A stretch of DNA of 63,294 bases, filler included, from Octopus bimaculoides (lineage: Eukaryota), in the NCBI RefSeq assembly GCF_001194135.2. It is 7 parts of 6 records of this genome, joined end to end, with 100 filler letters (N's around TTAATTAATTAA, not from the genome) between each part and the next. Parts side by side here need not be neighbours in the genome. Positions count along the whole stretch, not along the records: positions 52,757 to 57,321 come from NC_068989.1; positions 57,422 to 63,294 come from NW_026300881.1; 5 more parts are not named here. One strand, written 5' to 3'. The notes beneath the pieces were generated by a model, which saw only the letters and a list, made by a program, of their open reading frames with translations, was not told where the DNA came from and did no database searches. Positions 52,793 through 63,294 of this stretch are shown here, piece by piece. How positions within the stretch are numbered: position 1 is the first letter of the stretch; each line of letters begins with the position of its first letter. Made by a program: the position numbers and the translations under genes.

Positions 52793-53315
52793 TTTGTGAG
52801 TGTGTACATGCATATGTTTTGGTCTGATTACATATTACATACTTTTCAAACCGTTTACACTTATCAAAAATCTCTGGCCTGGTGTCTAAATAGATATCAT
52901 GGTTATGTGGATATTTAGGATGTCGATTTTTTTTTCGCTATACAAGTATTACATCTTCCATTTCCATTCCAGTAAGGCTTTTCATTGGCAATAATCAACT
53001 ATTTGAAGTTGTAGTCGGAGGCCATTTTATTTGCCAGGTATAGTCAACTAATTCTATTTTGATGTATTTATTTTTCACACTTCATTACTCTTCATCCATT
53101 TACCGCTTTTTTATTTATGTATATATTTATCTATTTTTAGCAATAGTTCATGAGATTCCATACACTTATGTTTACTATCTAAGATTTATGCACCATAACT
53201 ATAGCGAGAATCATTTATTTTTCTGAAACATTAATCTGGTGAAGTTAAAAAGATAAAAGTAGAGATTTGATGAACGTTTTCAAACAGGAAACACGCAGTA
53301 TACATAACACACGCA

Positions 53316-53370
<55 letters not shown>

Positions 53371-53372
53371 AC

Positions 53373-53409
<37 letters not shown>

Positions 53410-54111
53410 AATATACAATTAAACACACACGCGCATATATGTGTGTGTGTGTGTATATGCTTGCAACTATGTATGTTTACTCTTATTCTTTTATTTGTTT
53501 CAGTCATTTGACTGCGGCCACGCTGGAGCATCGCCTTTAGCTGAGTAAATCAACCCCAGGACTTATTCTTTGTAACCCTAGTACTTATTGTATCAGTCTC
53601 TTTTACCGAACCGCTAAGTTACGGGGACGTAAACGCACCAGCATCGGTTGTCAAGCGATGTTGTGGGAGGAGGGACAAACACACACAAGCATATACACAA
53701 AAATACATGCACACACATACATATATATATATATATATACGACGGGCTTCTTTCAGTTTCCGTCTGCAAAATGCACTCACAAGGCTTTGGTCGGGCCGAG
53801 GTTATAGAAGTTACTAGCCCAAGATGCCACGCAAGGGTACTGAAACCAGCACCATGTGACTTTTCTGAAGCATGCTTCTTACCACACAACCACTCCTGCG
53901 CCTATATATATATGTATATANNNNNNNNNNNNNNNNNNNNNNNNNNNNNNNNNNNNNNNNNNNNNNNNNNNNNNNNNNNNNNNNNNNNNNNNNNNNNNNN
54001 NNNNNNNNNNNNNNNNNNNNNNNNNNNNNNNNNNNNNNNNNNNNNNNNNNNNNNNNNNNNNNNNNNNNNNNNNNNNNNNNNNNNNNNNNNNNNNNNNNNN
54101 NNNNNNNNNNN

Positions 54112-54660
54112 CTTCATCGAAACAAAACTCGGACTTTTACGCGAATTTTTAGAAAGGATCACAAAGGTACAGCTCCCAAAATTACTGCAGAGCTTAATGA
54201 CAACCTCGAGAACCCAGATTTCCACAAAAACTGTTTGCCGGAAGCTGCACAGAATTGGTCCCTAGAGCAGTGGAAGAATGTTATTTTCTTGGACGACTCA
54301 TCTTTTACCTTATTTCCGACCACCGGCTGAGTATACGTGTGGAGACAGCTAAAAGAAGCATTTGACCCAGACTGCCTTCTTCCAACTGTTAAACATGGAG
54401 GATCTGTGATAATTTGGGGTGCTATGTCTTGGAAGTTCGCACGCCGGCCCAGTGGTTTCCCTTCATGGCAGAATTAATAGTCAAGAGTATTTAAGCATTT
54501 TATCTGATCAAATTCATCCTGCGGTTGTGGAACTGTTTCCGGAGAGAAACACAATCTTTCAGGATGATAATGCACCAATTGGCACAAGGAACATTCTAGT
54601 GAAGTTGAACGTCTTATCTAGTCCCCAGATCTCAATATTATTGAACATTTATGGTGCATT
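54112..54660 (+). pseudogene. Tc1/mariner transposase, disrupted
   Basis: EQWKNVIFLDDSSF...TVKHGGSVIIWGAMS...GRINSQEYLSILSD...TIFQDDNAPI, with a stop and frameshifts. Confidence 0.92.
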
Positions 54661-55382
54661 TATGGTAATTTTTAGTCTACAGAGAATAAGTCCTGGGGCC
54701 GATTTATTCGAAACAAATATATATACATACGACCATCGTCCATCTTTCTTTTCCGCACGTGATCATCTTTCTTTTCTTTCAGGACTGTCCTAAGGACTGG
54801 ACGTATCCTATCTCTTTTTTCTAGCTTTTCTCTTGTCAAAGAAAATATTTCTCCAGCGTTCGCTATTTTACCCTCGTTCTGATATAACGACCCTCCATGT
54901 TTGTTTTCGTTCGGTCTCCTTGTATGTCTCCACTGTCCTGTTTTTGTTCCCAACTTTGAACTTCCATAAATCCAAAATTTTATTTTGGTACTTATGGAAA
55001 CAGCTGCCTTCGATGACTCATATTCTCATTCAATGCTCGAACTGAGGAGTAGATAGACAGCCGAAAACTGATGAAGGGTCGTTCTTTGTGTTACTTGTCT
55101 TGTTTTGCATTTGATTCTCTCGTTCTTTGCGTATTGAACTCACTTGTTTTCGTATTTCATATTGTTTACTGTTGGTAAACACATAGGCATTTGTGTGTAT
55201 ATACATACTTATATATNNNNNNNNNNNNNNNNNNNNNNNNNNNNNNNNNNNNNNNNNNNNNNNNNNNNNNNNNNNNNNNNNNNNNNNNNNNNNNNNNNNN
55301 NNNNNNNNNNNNNNNNNNNNNNNNNNNNNNNNNNNNNNNNNNNNNNNNNNNNNNNNNNNNNNNNNNNNNNNNNNNNNNNNNN

Positions 55383-55416
<34 letters not shown>

Positions 55417-55979
55417 GAGTAGATCAGATGAGTAAGTGTGTGTGCGTATATGTGTCTGTGCGTCTCTGTGTGTGTGTGTGTTTATGTATAAGTGATTGCT
55501 TATTTTTGCGTGTGTCTGTTTACGTTTGCGAATGTGCATGTTAATGTGTTTGTGTGAGTCGGCGAGTGTCTGAAATATTTGTTGTCAACCTAAAAATGGT
55601 TGCACCAACGGCTTTTCTAGAAAATGAAAATTCGGAATGGTTGAATGAGTTTCGTGAAAATAATTTTTCAATTTCAATTATTATTGCAGTTTATTAGCTG
55701 TTAGGGCGAAATGTGATTAAGGAAAGATATTCGATCAATATACAGTTCTAAAGAGGAAGGATCGATAAAACTTATTAGCAAGATATAAGGATGAAGGTGA
55801 TGGGTGAATGCGAAATGAATGGACCTTAACAGGGCTAGCATAAAGGGAGAAATTTCAGACGTGAAAATGTAATTGCTAAAGGAGTTATAGAAAATACGGG
55901 TTTTGCAGTTAAGATGGTAAGTCAAAGACTGAATTGTTGTTGTGAATATGTAGTTGTTGTTATCGTTGTGGCTGTTGTT

Positions 55980-56017
<38 letters not shown>

Positions 56018-56479
56018 CATCGTTGTTGCTATTGTTGTCACTGTCGTCATTTTTGTTCAGTTTCAAGCCAACCCTGAGAGCGCAGTTAAAGTTCAAAGAG
56101 ATTTCTGACGAAAAAACACCCTTTGTTTTTTGAGGGTTTTGTTTCGGTTTTTTTTTCTGTTTCTTTTTTATATTTTTGTTTTATTTGTGTATCTATGGAT
56201 ACATCAGGCAGCGAATTGGTGTAGACGCTGAAGTATGAGCTAGAAATGCCTTGCAATATTCGTACGGCCTTCCTGAGCTTTGAGTTCAAATTCAGTCGAA
56301 ATCAAATTTGTCTTTCATCTTTTCGGGGTTAATAATTAAAATACCATTTCATAGAAGTGGGTTGGCAAAATTTGTTAGACCATCGAATTAAATGCATCGC
56401 GATATTCCGGTTCTGTGCACACTAAGTTTAAATTTCGCTTAGGAGGGAGAGAGAAGGAGGAGGAGAGAAAGAGACGGAC

Positions 56480-56532
<53 letters not shown>

Positions 56533-57188
56533 TGTTTCTTTATTAGTCACACAGGGCTGAACACAGAGGGGACAAGTTACAAAATAGAGCTTTTCTTTTT
56601 GGGGAGCAGAGGGAAGGAAGAAAAAAAAGGAGGGGTAGATTTTCGATCAAAAGGGATCATAAAAAAAAAAACGATCAATAGGGATCGTGTATCACAGAAA
56701 TGTCATGATGTAAAGTGTAAAGGGGGAAACAGATTAGGTTTATCTGTGGGAAGAAAAGCCTATGGAAAAGACCATGGTAACCTTGGCCAATAATGTCATG
56801 CAGAAAAACACATTGCAGTAAGTGACTCTCTTTTTACCTTTTTTTGTCTGGTTCATAGGGTTATGCTCAAGGTGGCTCCGTCATTCACACGTGCCATCCT
56901 TGCTACATTCACCCATCTTTTCTTGAAGCATTCAGTAGACAGAACTTCCCTCGCTACTCTTACCTTCCTCTTCAAGTGATACTTGAAGAAGTTGATGGGA
57001 GAGATTCACCAGAGAGGAAAGTGTTTGTCTCTAGACCTTTCAGACGCGTCCACCATACGCATTCTTTCGCCATAGCCACAAGTATGATGACAATGGCTTT
57101 TCCTTCCCGTTTCAAGGAAGGAGGCGCGACAATATTCACGATAGACTCGGTTGATAAACTGACTCATCCCACACACGATAGCAGTCGT

Positions 57189-57190
<2 letters not shown>
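56480..57190 (-). mobile_element. Tx1/L1-like LINE 3' end with AATAAA and (TATC)n tail
   Basis: KAIVIILVAMAKECVWWTRLKGL...FFKYHLKRKVRVAREVLSTECFKKRW, then a UTR ending aataaagaaacatatctatctatc. Confidence 0.75.
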
Positions 57191-57241
<51 letters not shown>

Positions 57242-58859
57242 GGATGGATGGATGGATGGATGGATGGATGGATAGATAGATAGATAGATATGTTTAGTCT
57301 AGCGAGGGAGGGAAGAAACAANNNNNNNNNNNNNNNNNNNNNNNNNNNNNNNNNNNNNNNNNNNNTTAATTAATTAANNNNNNNNNNNNNNNNNNNNNNN
57401 NNNNNNNNNNNNNNNNNNNNNTGATGAAGAAAAAAAGGGGTCAGGAATTCTGGAAGGAAAAAAATAAATAAATAAATGAATAAAAATGTGAATATATAAA
57501 TTTGTAATAAACAGATGAAAGTTTGTTGCTAACTACAGGAAGAGAAAAGGAAGGGAGATGATTCAGGGCTGGAAGAAAGGGGACGGTGGGGGGAGGGCTA
57601 CCCCCTTCTGCCGGAAGGACATAAAAACACAGTGTTTGTTGTAAACATCCCATACACACACACACACGCACATACATACATATACTTACAAACACACATA
57701 GACACATACATACATGCACACACATACACTCACACATACATACACATACATATATGTACACACACAAACACACACATTTAGACACATACACTTACATGCA
57801 TACATATACTTACAAACACACACATATATTCACACACACACACACACATACACTCACACATACATACACACATACATATACGTACATACACAAACACACA
57901 TACACATACATTTAGACACACATACATACATACACACATACAGAGATATATACATGTGTGTGTGTGTGATATAACATAAGTAGGTGTATGTGTGTATATA
58001 ACTAAATGAGGCTGTTTTCCAAAATGGAGATGAAAAATATATATATTTTATTTATATGATTATATGATTGAATGCCGCGCATCCATTTCCAAGTAAGTTT
58101 ATCTTAATAATTTCGATGCGACTCTACCCTGTACTGTTCTCTTTCTCTCTCTTCTTTTCTCTAATTCTTTTTTCTCCCCTTCACCATTTTTTATCTGTTT
58201 ATTTCTCTCTCTCTCCCTCTTTCTCCTTTACTCTCTCTCTCGTTGCTCACACGTGACCATCATCCATCTTTCTTTTCCTCACGGTGGCACGTAAAAGCAC
58301 CCACTACACTCTCGGAGTGGTTAGCGTTAGGAAGGGCATCCAGCCATAGAAACTCTGCCAAATCAGATTGGAGCCTGGTGTAGCCATCCGGTTTCACCAA
58401 TCCTCAGTCAAATCGTCCAACCCATGCTAGCATGGAAAGCGGACGTTAAACGATGATGATGATGTGTGCGTGTGTGCATGTATGTACGTATATATGTATG
58501 TGTTCCAAAGAGAGCTGTTGAAGAACTATTTATAAATATTTGGTTATTTAGAAATCCGGAACTCCCTATCAAATAACTTGCACATATTTTTTGAAATAAG
58601 TCACACAATTTTGGGGAAAATCATTCTCTGCACTGACGTAATCAAAATGCTGTGACATCACTTGTTCAAACAATCACCAATCTCTCCCATCTATTTATCT
58701 TTCTATAGCATAGTTTTCTAATACCTTTTATCTTTGTCTCTCTTTCTTCCATTCGTTTTATATAACAAGTCCATCCCTCTGCCTATCTATTTTTAGCTGG
58801 TATCTATCAATCTCTACAAGGGCCTGTCTGTCTCTTTGTCAACTATGTGAGTTTTCTGT

Positions 58860-59268
58860 CTATCTTTGTCTAACTCTCTACTTATCTATCTCTCTGTCTG
58901 TCCGTCTATCCACCCATCCATCCATCCATCCATCCATCTTATCTATCTATTTGTCTTTCTGTCCATCTATCCATTCATCTATCTGTCTATCTCTCTATCT
59001 GTCTCTTGCTCCCTGTATATCTATCTATCAATCTAGCTATCTATTTACCTATCTGCCTATCCATCCATCTCTCTCTCTCTCTCTGTCTGTCTGTCTGTCT
59101 TTCTGTCCATCCATCCATCCATCTATTTATTTATTTGTCTTTCTGTCCATCTATCCATTCATCTATCTGTCTATCTATCTATCTCTCTATCTGTCTCTTG
59201 CTCCCTGTATATCTATCTATCTATCGATCTAGCTATCTATTTACCTATCTGTCTATCCATCCATCCCC

Positions 59269-59302
<34 letters not shown>

Positions 59303-59400
59303 GTCTGTCTGTCTTTCTGTCCATCCATCCATCTATTTATTTATTTGTCTGTCTATCCATCTAGCCATTCATCTATCTATCTCTCACTAAATACCAATAT
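58860..59400. repeat. (CTAT)/(CCAT)/(CTGT) compound microsatellite with internal duplication
   Basis: Read directly; a block of about 190 bp recurs (58940 and 59130). Confidence 0.85.
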
Positions 59401-59804
59401 ACCTCCCTACTTTGTCTTTGTCCATCTACACACATCTCTCTCAACTGCCATTTCTCCCAGTCTCTTCCCATCTTTCAACCAATCAACTAAACACTACACC
59501 AGTTTGTTCACCATTCTCTACTGATTTAATCAACCTGTCTTACATATCTCCTTTACCAACTGTTGGTTAGACCTAGGAAACTGCACCGCTTCCTGTCGGC
59601 CTTGACACATTTCCTGTGTCCTTATGTCTACAAGGGGGAGACAAAACTCATTCCTTGTTCACTTCCTGTGCATATTCTATGGACTGTTCTAGAAGTTTTG
59701 GTTGCTTTTTCTGACGAATTGTAGTTCACCTGAGCACTGTATACAACAAGTTCGTTATTAAGATAAAAAAACACACACCAAACATCATCGATAAATTCAT
59801 TGGA

Positions 59805-60193
59805 TTCCGTGCTAGTGGCCGGTAAATAACACCATTTGAGCGTAATCGTTACCAGTGTCGCCTTCTAGCACTTGTGCTGGTGACACGTTAGAAAATCATT
59901 CGAGCGAGGTCGTTGTCACTGCCGCTGGACTGGCTCCCATGCAGGTGGCACGTAAAAGACACCTTTTTGAGCAAGGTCGTTGCCAGTACCGCCTGACTAG
60001 CCGTCGTACTGGTGGCACGTAAAAAGCACCCACTACACTCTTGGAGTGGTTGGCGTTAGGAAGGGCATCCAGCTGTAGAAACTTTGCCAGATCAGATTGG
60101 AGCCTGGTGCAGCCTCCTGGCTTGCCAGTCCTCAGTCAAATCGTCCGACCCATGCTAGCATTGAAAGCGAACGTTAAACGATGATGATGATGA
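59805..60193 (+). mobile_element. RTE-tail short element (family C)
   Basis: ggcacgtaaaagcacccactacactc...gttaggaagggcatccagctgtag...aaacgatgatgatgat. Other copies at about 14964(-), 25583, 47685(-) and 58283. Confidence 0.8.
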
Positions 60194-61619
60194 CATGTAG
60201 TAATTAGTTTTTTAACAAGAAATAATTAAAGGAACAAAAAACATTTTGATGAAACAAATTTTTAATATCTTCAATGAAATATAATAATACTGCAACAAAT
60301 TTCTCTGATAGTTCGTTAATTCTTTCACTGTGGTAATTAACTTTGGAAAGCGGTTTTATATCCCAATCTGTCTTTGTTGAGGAATGTCATGTTTGGAACT
60401 CTTTTGAGATATGTCAAATTTAATATGACACAAGGTGACTTGCAGAAAATAGCAATTCTATTTTTTGGCAGATATTTAAACATCACAACTGGAATAACCA
60501 AGAAATTTTATTTATCAGTGAAAGGGTTAACATGAAATTTCAATGAAAGGTTTTCGTTTAGATCACATTAAATCAAGGAATTTATGTCATAGAAGCAGGG
60601 GAGATTTCAGGTGATTTGGTATTGAAAAGGTTAAGATAAACAAGATGGGAAGATCAGGAAACTAACTCATATTACTGATGGAATACACTGCTGTTTTTTT
60701 TTTCCAATTAATTTTGAAAATAATATTGTCATTATTAAGTGAACTGGTCTTTGGAACACAAATTAACCCTTTCACAGGAGAAATCACATATACTTGCTCA
60801 AAATTTCATTACCCTTAACTTTGGAAAGCAGTTTTATATCCCAATCTGTTTTTTTGTTGAGGAATGTCACGTTTGGAACCATTCTCTTTTGAGATATGTC
60901 AAATTTAATATGACGCAAGGTGACTTGCAGAAAATAGCAATTCTATTTTTTTTGAAAGATATTTAAACATCATAACTGGAATAACCATGAAATTTTGATG
61001 GAAGAAGGTTTTAATTTAGATCAAGGAATTTGTGTCCATAGAAGCAGGGATGGCCACAGGTGGTTTGGTATTGAAAGGGTTAAGACAACCATGATGGAAA
61101 GATGCACTTATTTCAATTAATTTTGAAAATATTGAAGAATTTAATAAAATAACTTTGTCATTATTAATTAAGCTGGTATTTGGAACATAGATTAACTCTT
61201 TCTCTGTAGAAATCAGATGTGTCCAGTCGAAATTGCATTATTCTTAACTTTGGAAAGTAGTTTTATATCCCAATCTGTCATTTGTTGAGGAATGTCATGT
61301 TTGGAACTATTCTCTTTTGAGATGATGTCAAAGTTTATTATGACACAAGGTGACTTGCAAAAAATACCAATTCTGTTTTTTTTTAAAGATATTTAAACAT
61401 CGTTATGGGAATAACCATGAAATTATATTTCATACTTAAAGGATTAACATGAAATTTTGATGGAAGAAGATTTTAATTTAGATGACTATAAAACAATAAG
61501 TCTGTGTCATAGAACCAGGAATGGGCTCAAAGGGTTACGACAAATACAATGGAAAAAGACCCAGAAGTTAAATCATATGACTAGGATAATTATGATGAAA
61601 AACACTGCTTTTGTTTCAA

Positions 61620-61851
61620 TTAATCCATTAGCATTTAAACCATCTACATCTGGCCCAAATATTCTACCTGTTTTATGTTCAAACTGGCCACGTTTGGCCT
61701 CTCACACCAACCCTACAAGGTCATACTGAAAATATACAATCACATCGTTGAAATCTCCAAAGTTACAAAATAATTCATGATTAATTCAAAACATTGTGAA
61801 TTAATAATAAACATTACATTTAACAGAGTAATCTGAATGCTAAAGGATTCA
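61620..61851. mobile_element. Nested piggyBac-type MITE inserted at a TTAA site
   Basis: Ends ttaa-tccattagcatt ... aatgctaaagga-ttca. The empty site caattaattttgaaaa is present in the other array units. Confidence 0.75.
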
Positions 61852-62436
61852 TTTTTGAAAATAGTAGTGAGGAATTTAATAAAATAACTTTGTCATTATT
61901 AATCAAGCTGGTTTTTGGAACATAAATTTACTCTTTTCTCTGCTAAAATCAGATATATCCACTTGAAACTGCATCATCTTTCAATGCAAGAAGCAGCTGT
62001 ATATCCAAATCTGTCTTTCTTTGAGGAATATCATGATTGAAACTATTTTCTTACAAGATATCAAGTTTATTGGGGCAAAGAGATTTGCGGAAAATACAAA
62101 TTTTGAAAATGTTTTGGTCGATAATTAAACATCATAACTGGAATGACCATGAAATTTAACATAATTTACATTATTAACATTTGATGGATATTTGTTATTT
62201 GTCCTCATCTTGTTTGTTGTTAACACGTTTCGGCTGGTATGCCCTCCAAACAAGATGAGGACAAATATCCATCAAATTGTAAATAATGTACATAATTCCT
62301 CATATCTTAATTATAGAACTGCATGAAATTTATAAAGTTAAAGAAGTGATTTTTTAAATTCTCAATCGCAGAATAATGCTAATAATATAGCCTGAACAGG
62401 ATAAACTATCCCTATTTTGCAGAGAAAAGTGTAGGT

Positions 62437-62510
62437 GGCTAGCTGTGGACTCGAACTCACATCCCCGTGATTACATGTCACGATGCTTTGACCGATTAAG
62501 CTAAGCTACC
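62437..62510 (-). tRNA. tRNA-Thr(TGT)-like gene or pseudogene
   Basis: GGTAGCT-TA-GCTT AATCGGTCA AAGC-AT-CGTGA CATGTAA TCACG...GTGAG TTCGAGT CCAC-AGCTAGC. D-stem and anticodon stem pair perfectly; A33 replaces U33, one base is missing in the T-stem, and there is one acceptor-stem mismatch. Confidence 0.55.
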
Positions 62511-63294
62511 CACTACAAATTCCTCTGCAAATTAAGATATATAAATCTCGCTTTATGAGACGCTCTCATGTTAAATTCAAATTACGACAAACGTAAATAA
62601 ACAAACGAAGTTTGCTTTTAGAAGCGTTGAGATGTCTTTTAGAAAGTTTAAGAAGTTTACATGAAATTTTGATGGAAGAAGATCTTAGTTCAGATCACTT
62701 TAAAACTGGAGATTTTGTATCGTAGAACCAGGAGTGGTGGTCTCAAGTGGAATTGATATCAGAAAGGTTAAGATGAACAAAATTGAAAGATCTGGAAACT
62801 AAACCAGATGACAAGGATATTTCTGTTGAAATACACTGACTTTGTTCAGATTAATTTTGAAAACAATCAAGAATTTAATAAAATAACTAAGTCATTACTA
62901 CTAATTAAGCTGGTTTTTAGAATACTAATTAACCGTTTCACTGAAGTAATTAGATACAGCCACTCAAGATTCCATAACCTTTGGCTGCAGAAAGCTGTTT
63001 TATATACAAATCTGTTTTGTTGAGAAATGTCATGTTTGAAAATATCTTTTGCTGAGATATATCGAGTTTATTATCGAAGCAAAGTGATTTTCAGAAAATA
63101 GTAATTCCAATTTTTTTTTTTTTTTTTAGTAGATATTTAACCTCATTACTAGAATGACCATGAAATTTGATTTCAGAATTAAAGGGTTAACATGAAATTT
63201 TGATGGAAAAAGGTTTTAATTTAGATCTCATTAAAACAAGGGAAGCAGGGGAGATTTCAGGTAATTTGGTATCAATAGGATTAAGACAAACATG

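Larger units (their letters stand above)
60316..63294. repeat. Degenerate tandem array of a TTAA-flanked piggyBac-type MITE plus spacer (5 units), with nested insertions
   Basis: TIR TTAA-CCCTTTCAC (60763-60775) and GTGAAAGGG-TTAA (60518-60530). Units start at about 60316, 60763, 61192, 61927 and 62929. Confidence 0.75.

Noticed and set aside
37969-55075. Partial hammerhead-like words at 37969 (CTGAAGA-GCC-aaga-GGC-AAAC) and 55042-55074
   Set aside because: The GAAA core or stems I/III are missing; at most decayed Penelope ends.
17811-57421. TTAATTAATTAA islands inside N-runs at 17855, 32607, 38435, 46025, 52701 and 57366
   Set aside because: Identical 44N+12+44N = 100-bp blocks with stops in all six frames: an assembly spacer for gaps of unknown size, not biology. 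Linkage across these joins is uncertain.
20017-59524. Many long [16 protein letters not shown] and X-filled ORFs
   Set aside because: Translations of microsatellites and N-gaps.

Overview
AT-rich, microsatellite- and transposon-dense animal genomic DNA. The SINE/RTE repertoire looks like Octopus; that is inference, not a database match. The window is a scaffold with sized N-gaps and six artificial 100-bp joins (44N-TTAATTAATTAA-44N). Two host genes are supported, both on the minus strand. (1) A Bloom-syndrome helicase (BLM) encoded by one uninterrupted 4.4-kb ORF (27585-31979, 1464 aa; BDHCT, RecQ helicase, RQC and HRDC domains), possibly a retrogene. (2) The 3' part of a shugoshin gene missing from the ORF track: exons 17499-17363, 13499-13425 and 9760-9688 splice in frame to give the SGO motif KRPRRTAIKSISYREPALNLKLRQGD. 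The rest is mostly mobile DNA: a decayed near-full-length Helitron (about 1.3-6.1 kb); RTE, Jockey/CR1-like, Tx1/L1-like, R4/Dong-like, Penelope, Gypsy and Tc1 fragments; several SINE families; and a terminal tandem array of TTAA-flanked piggyBac-type MITEs with nested insertions. Less obvious signals: two partial copies of a repeat tail that together reconstruct a minimal type I hammerhead ribozyme, a tRNA-Thr-like gene inside a longer inverted repeat, two canonical RFX X-boxes with no identified target gene, and a CpG contrast between the shugoshin region and the BLM ORF. Repeat coordinates are approximate, read by eye.
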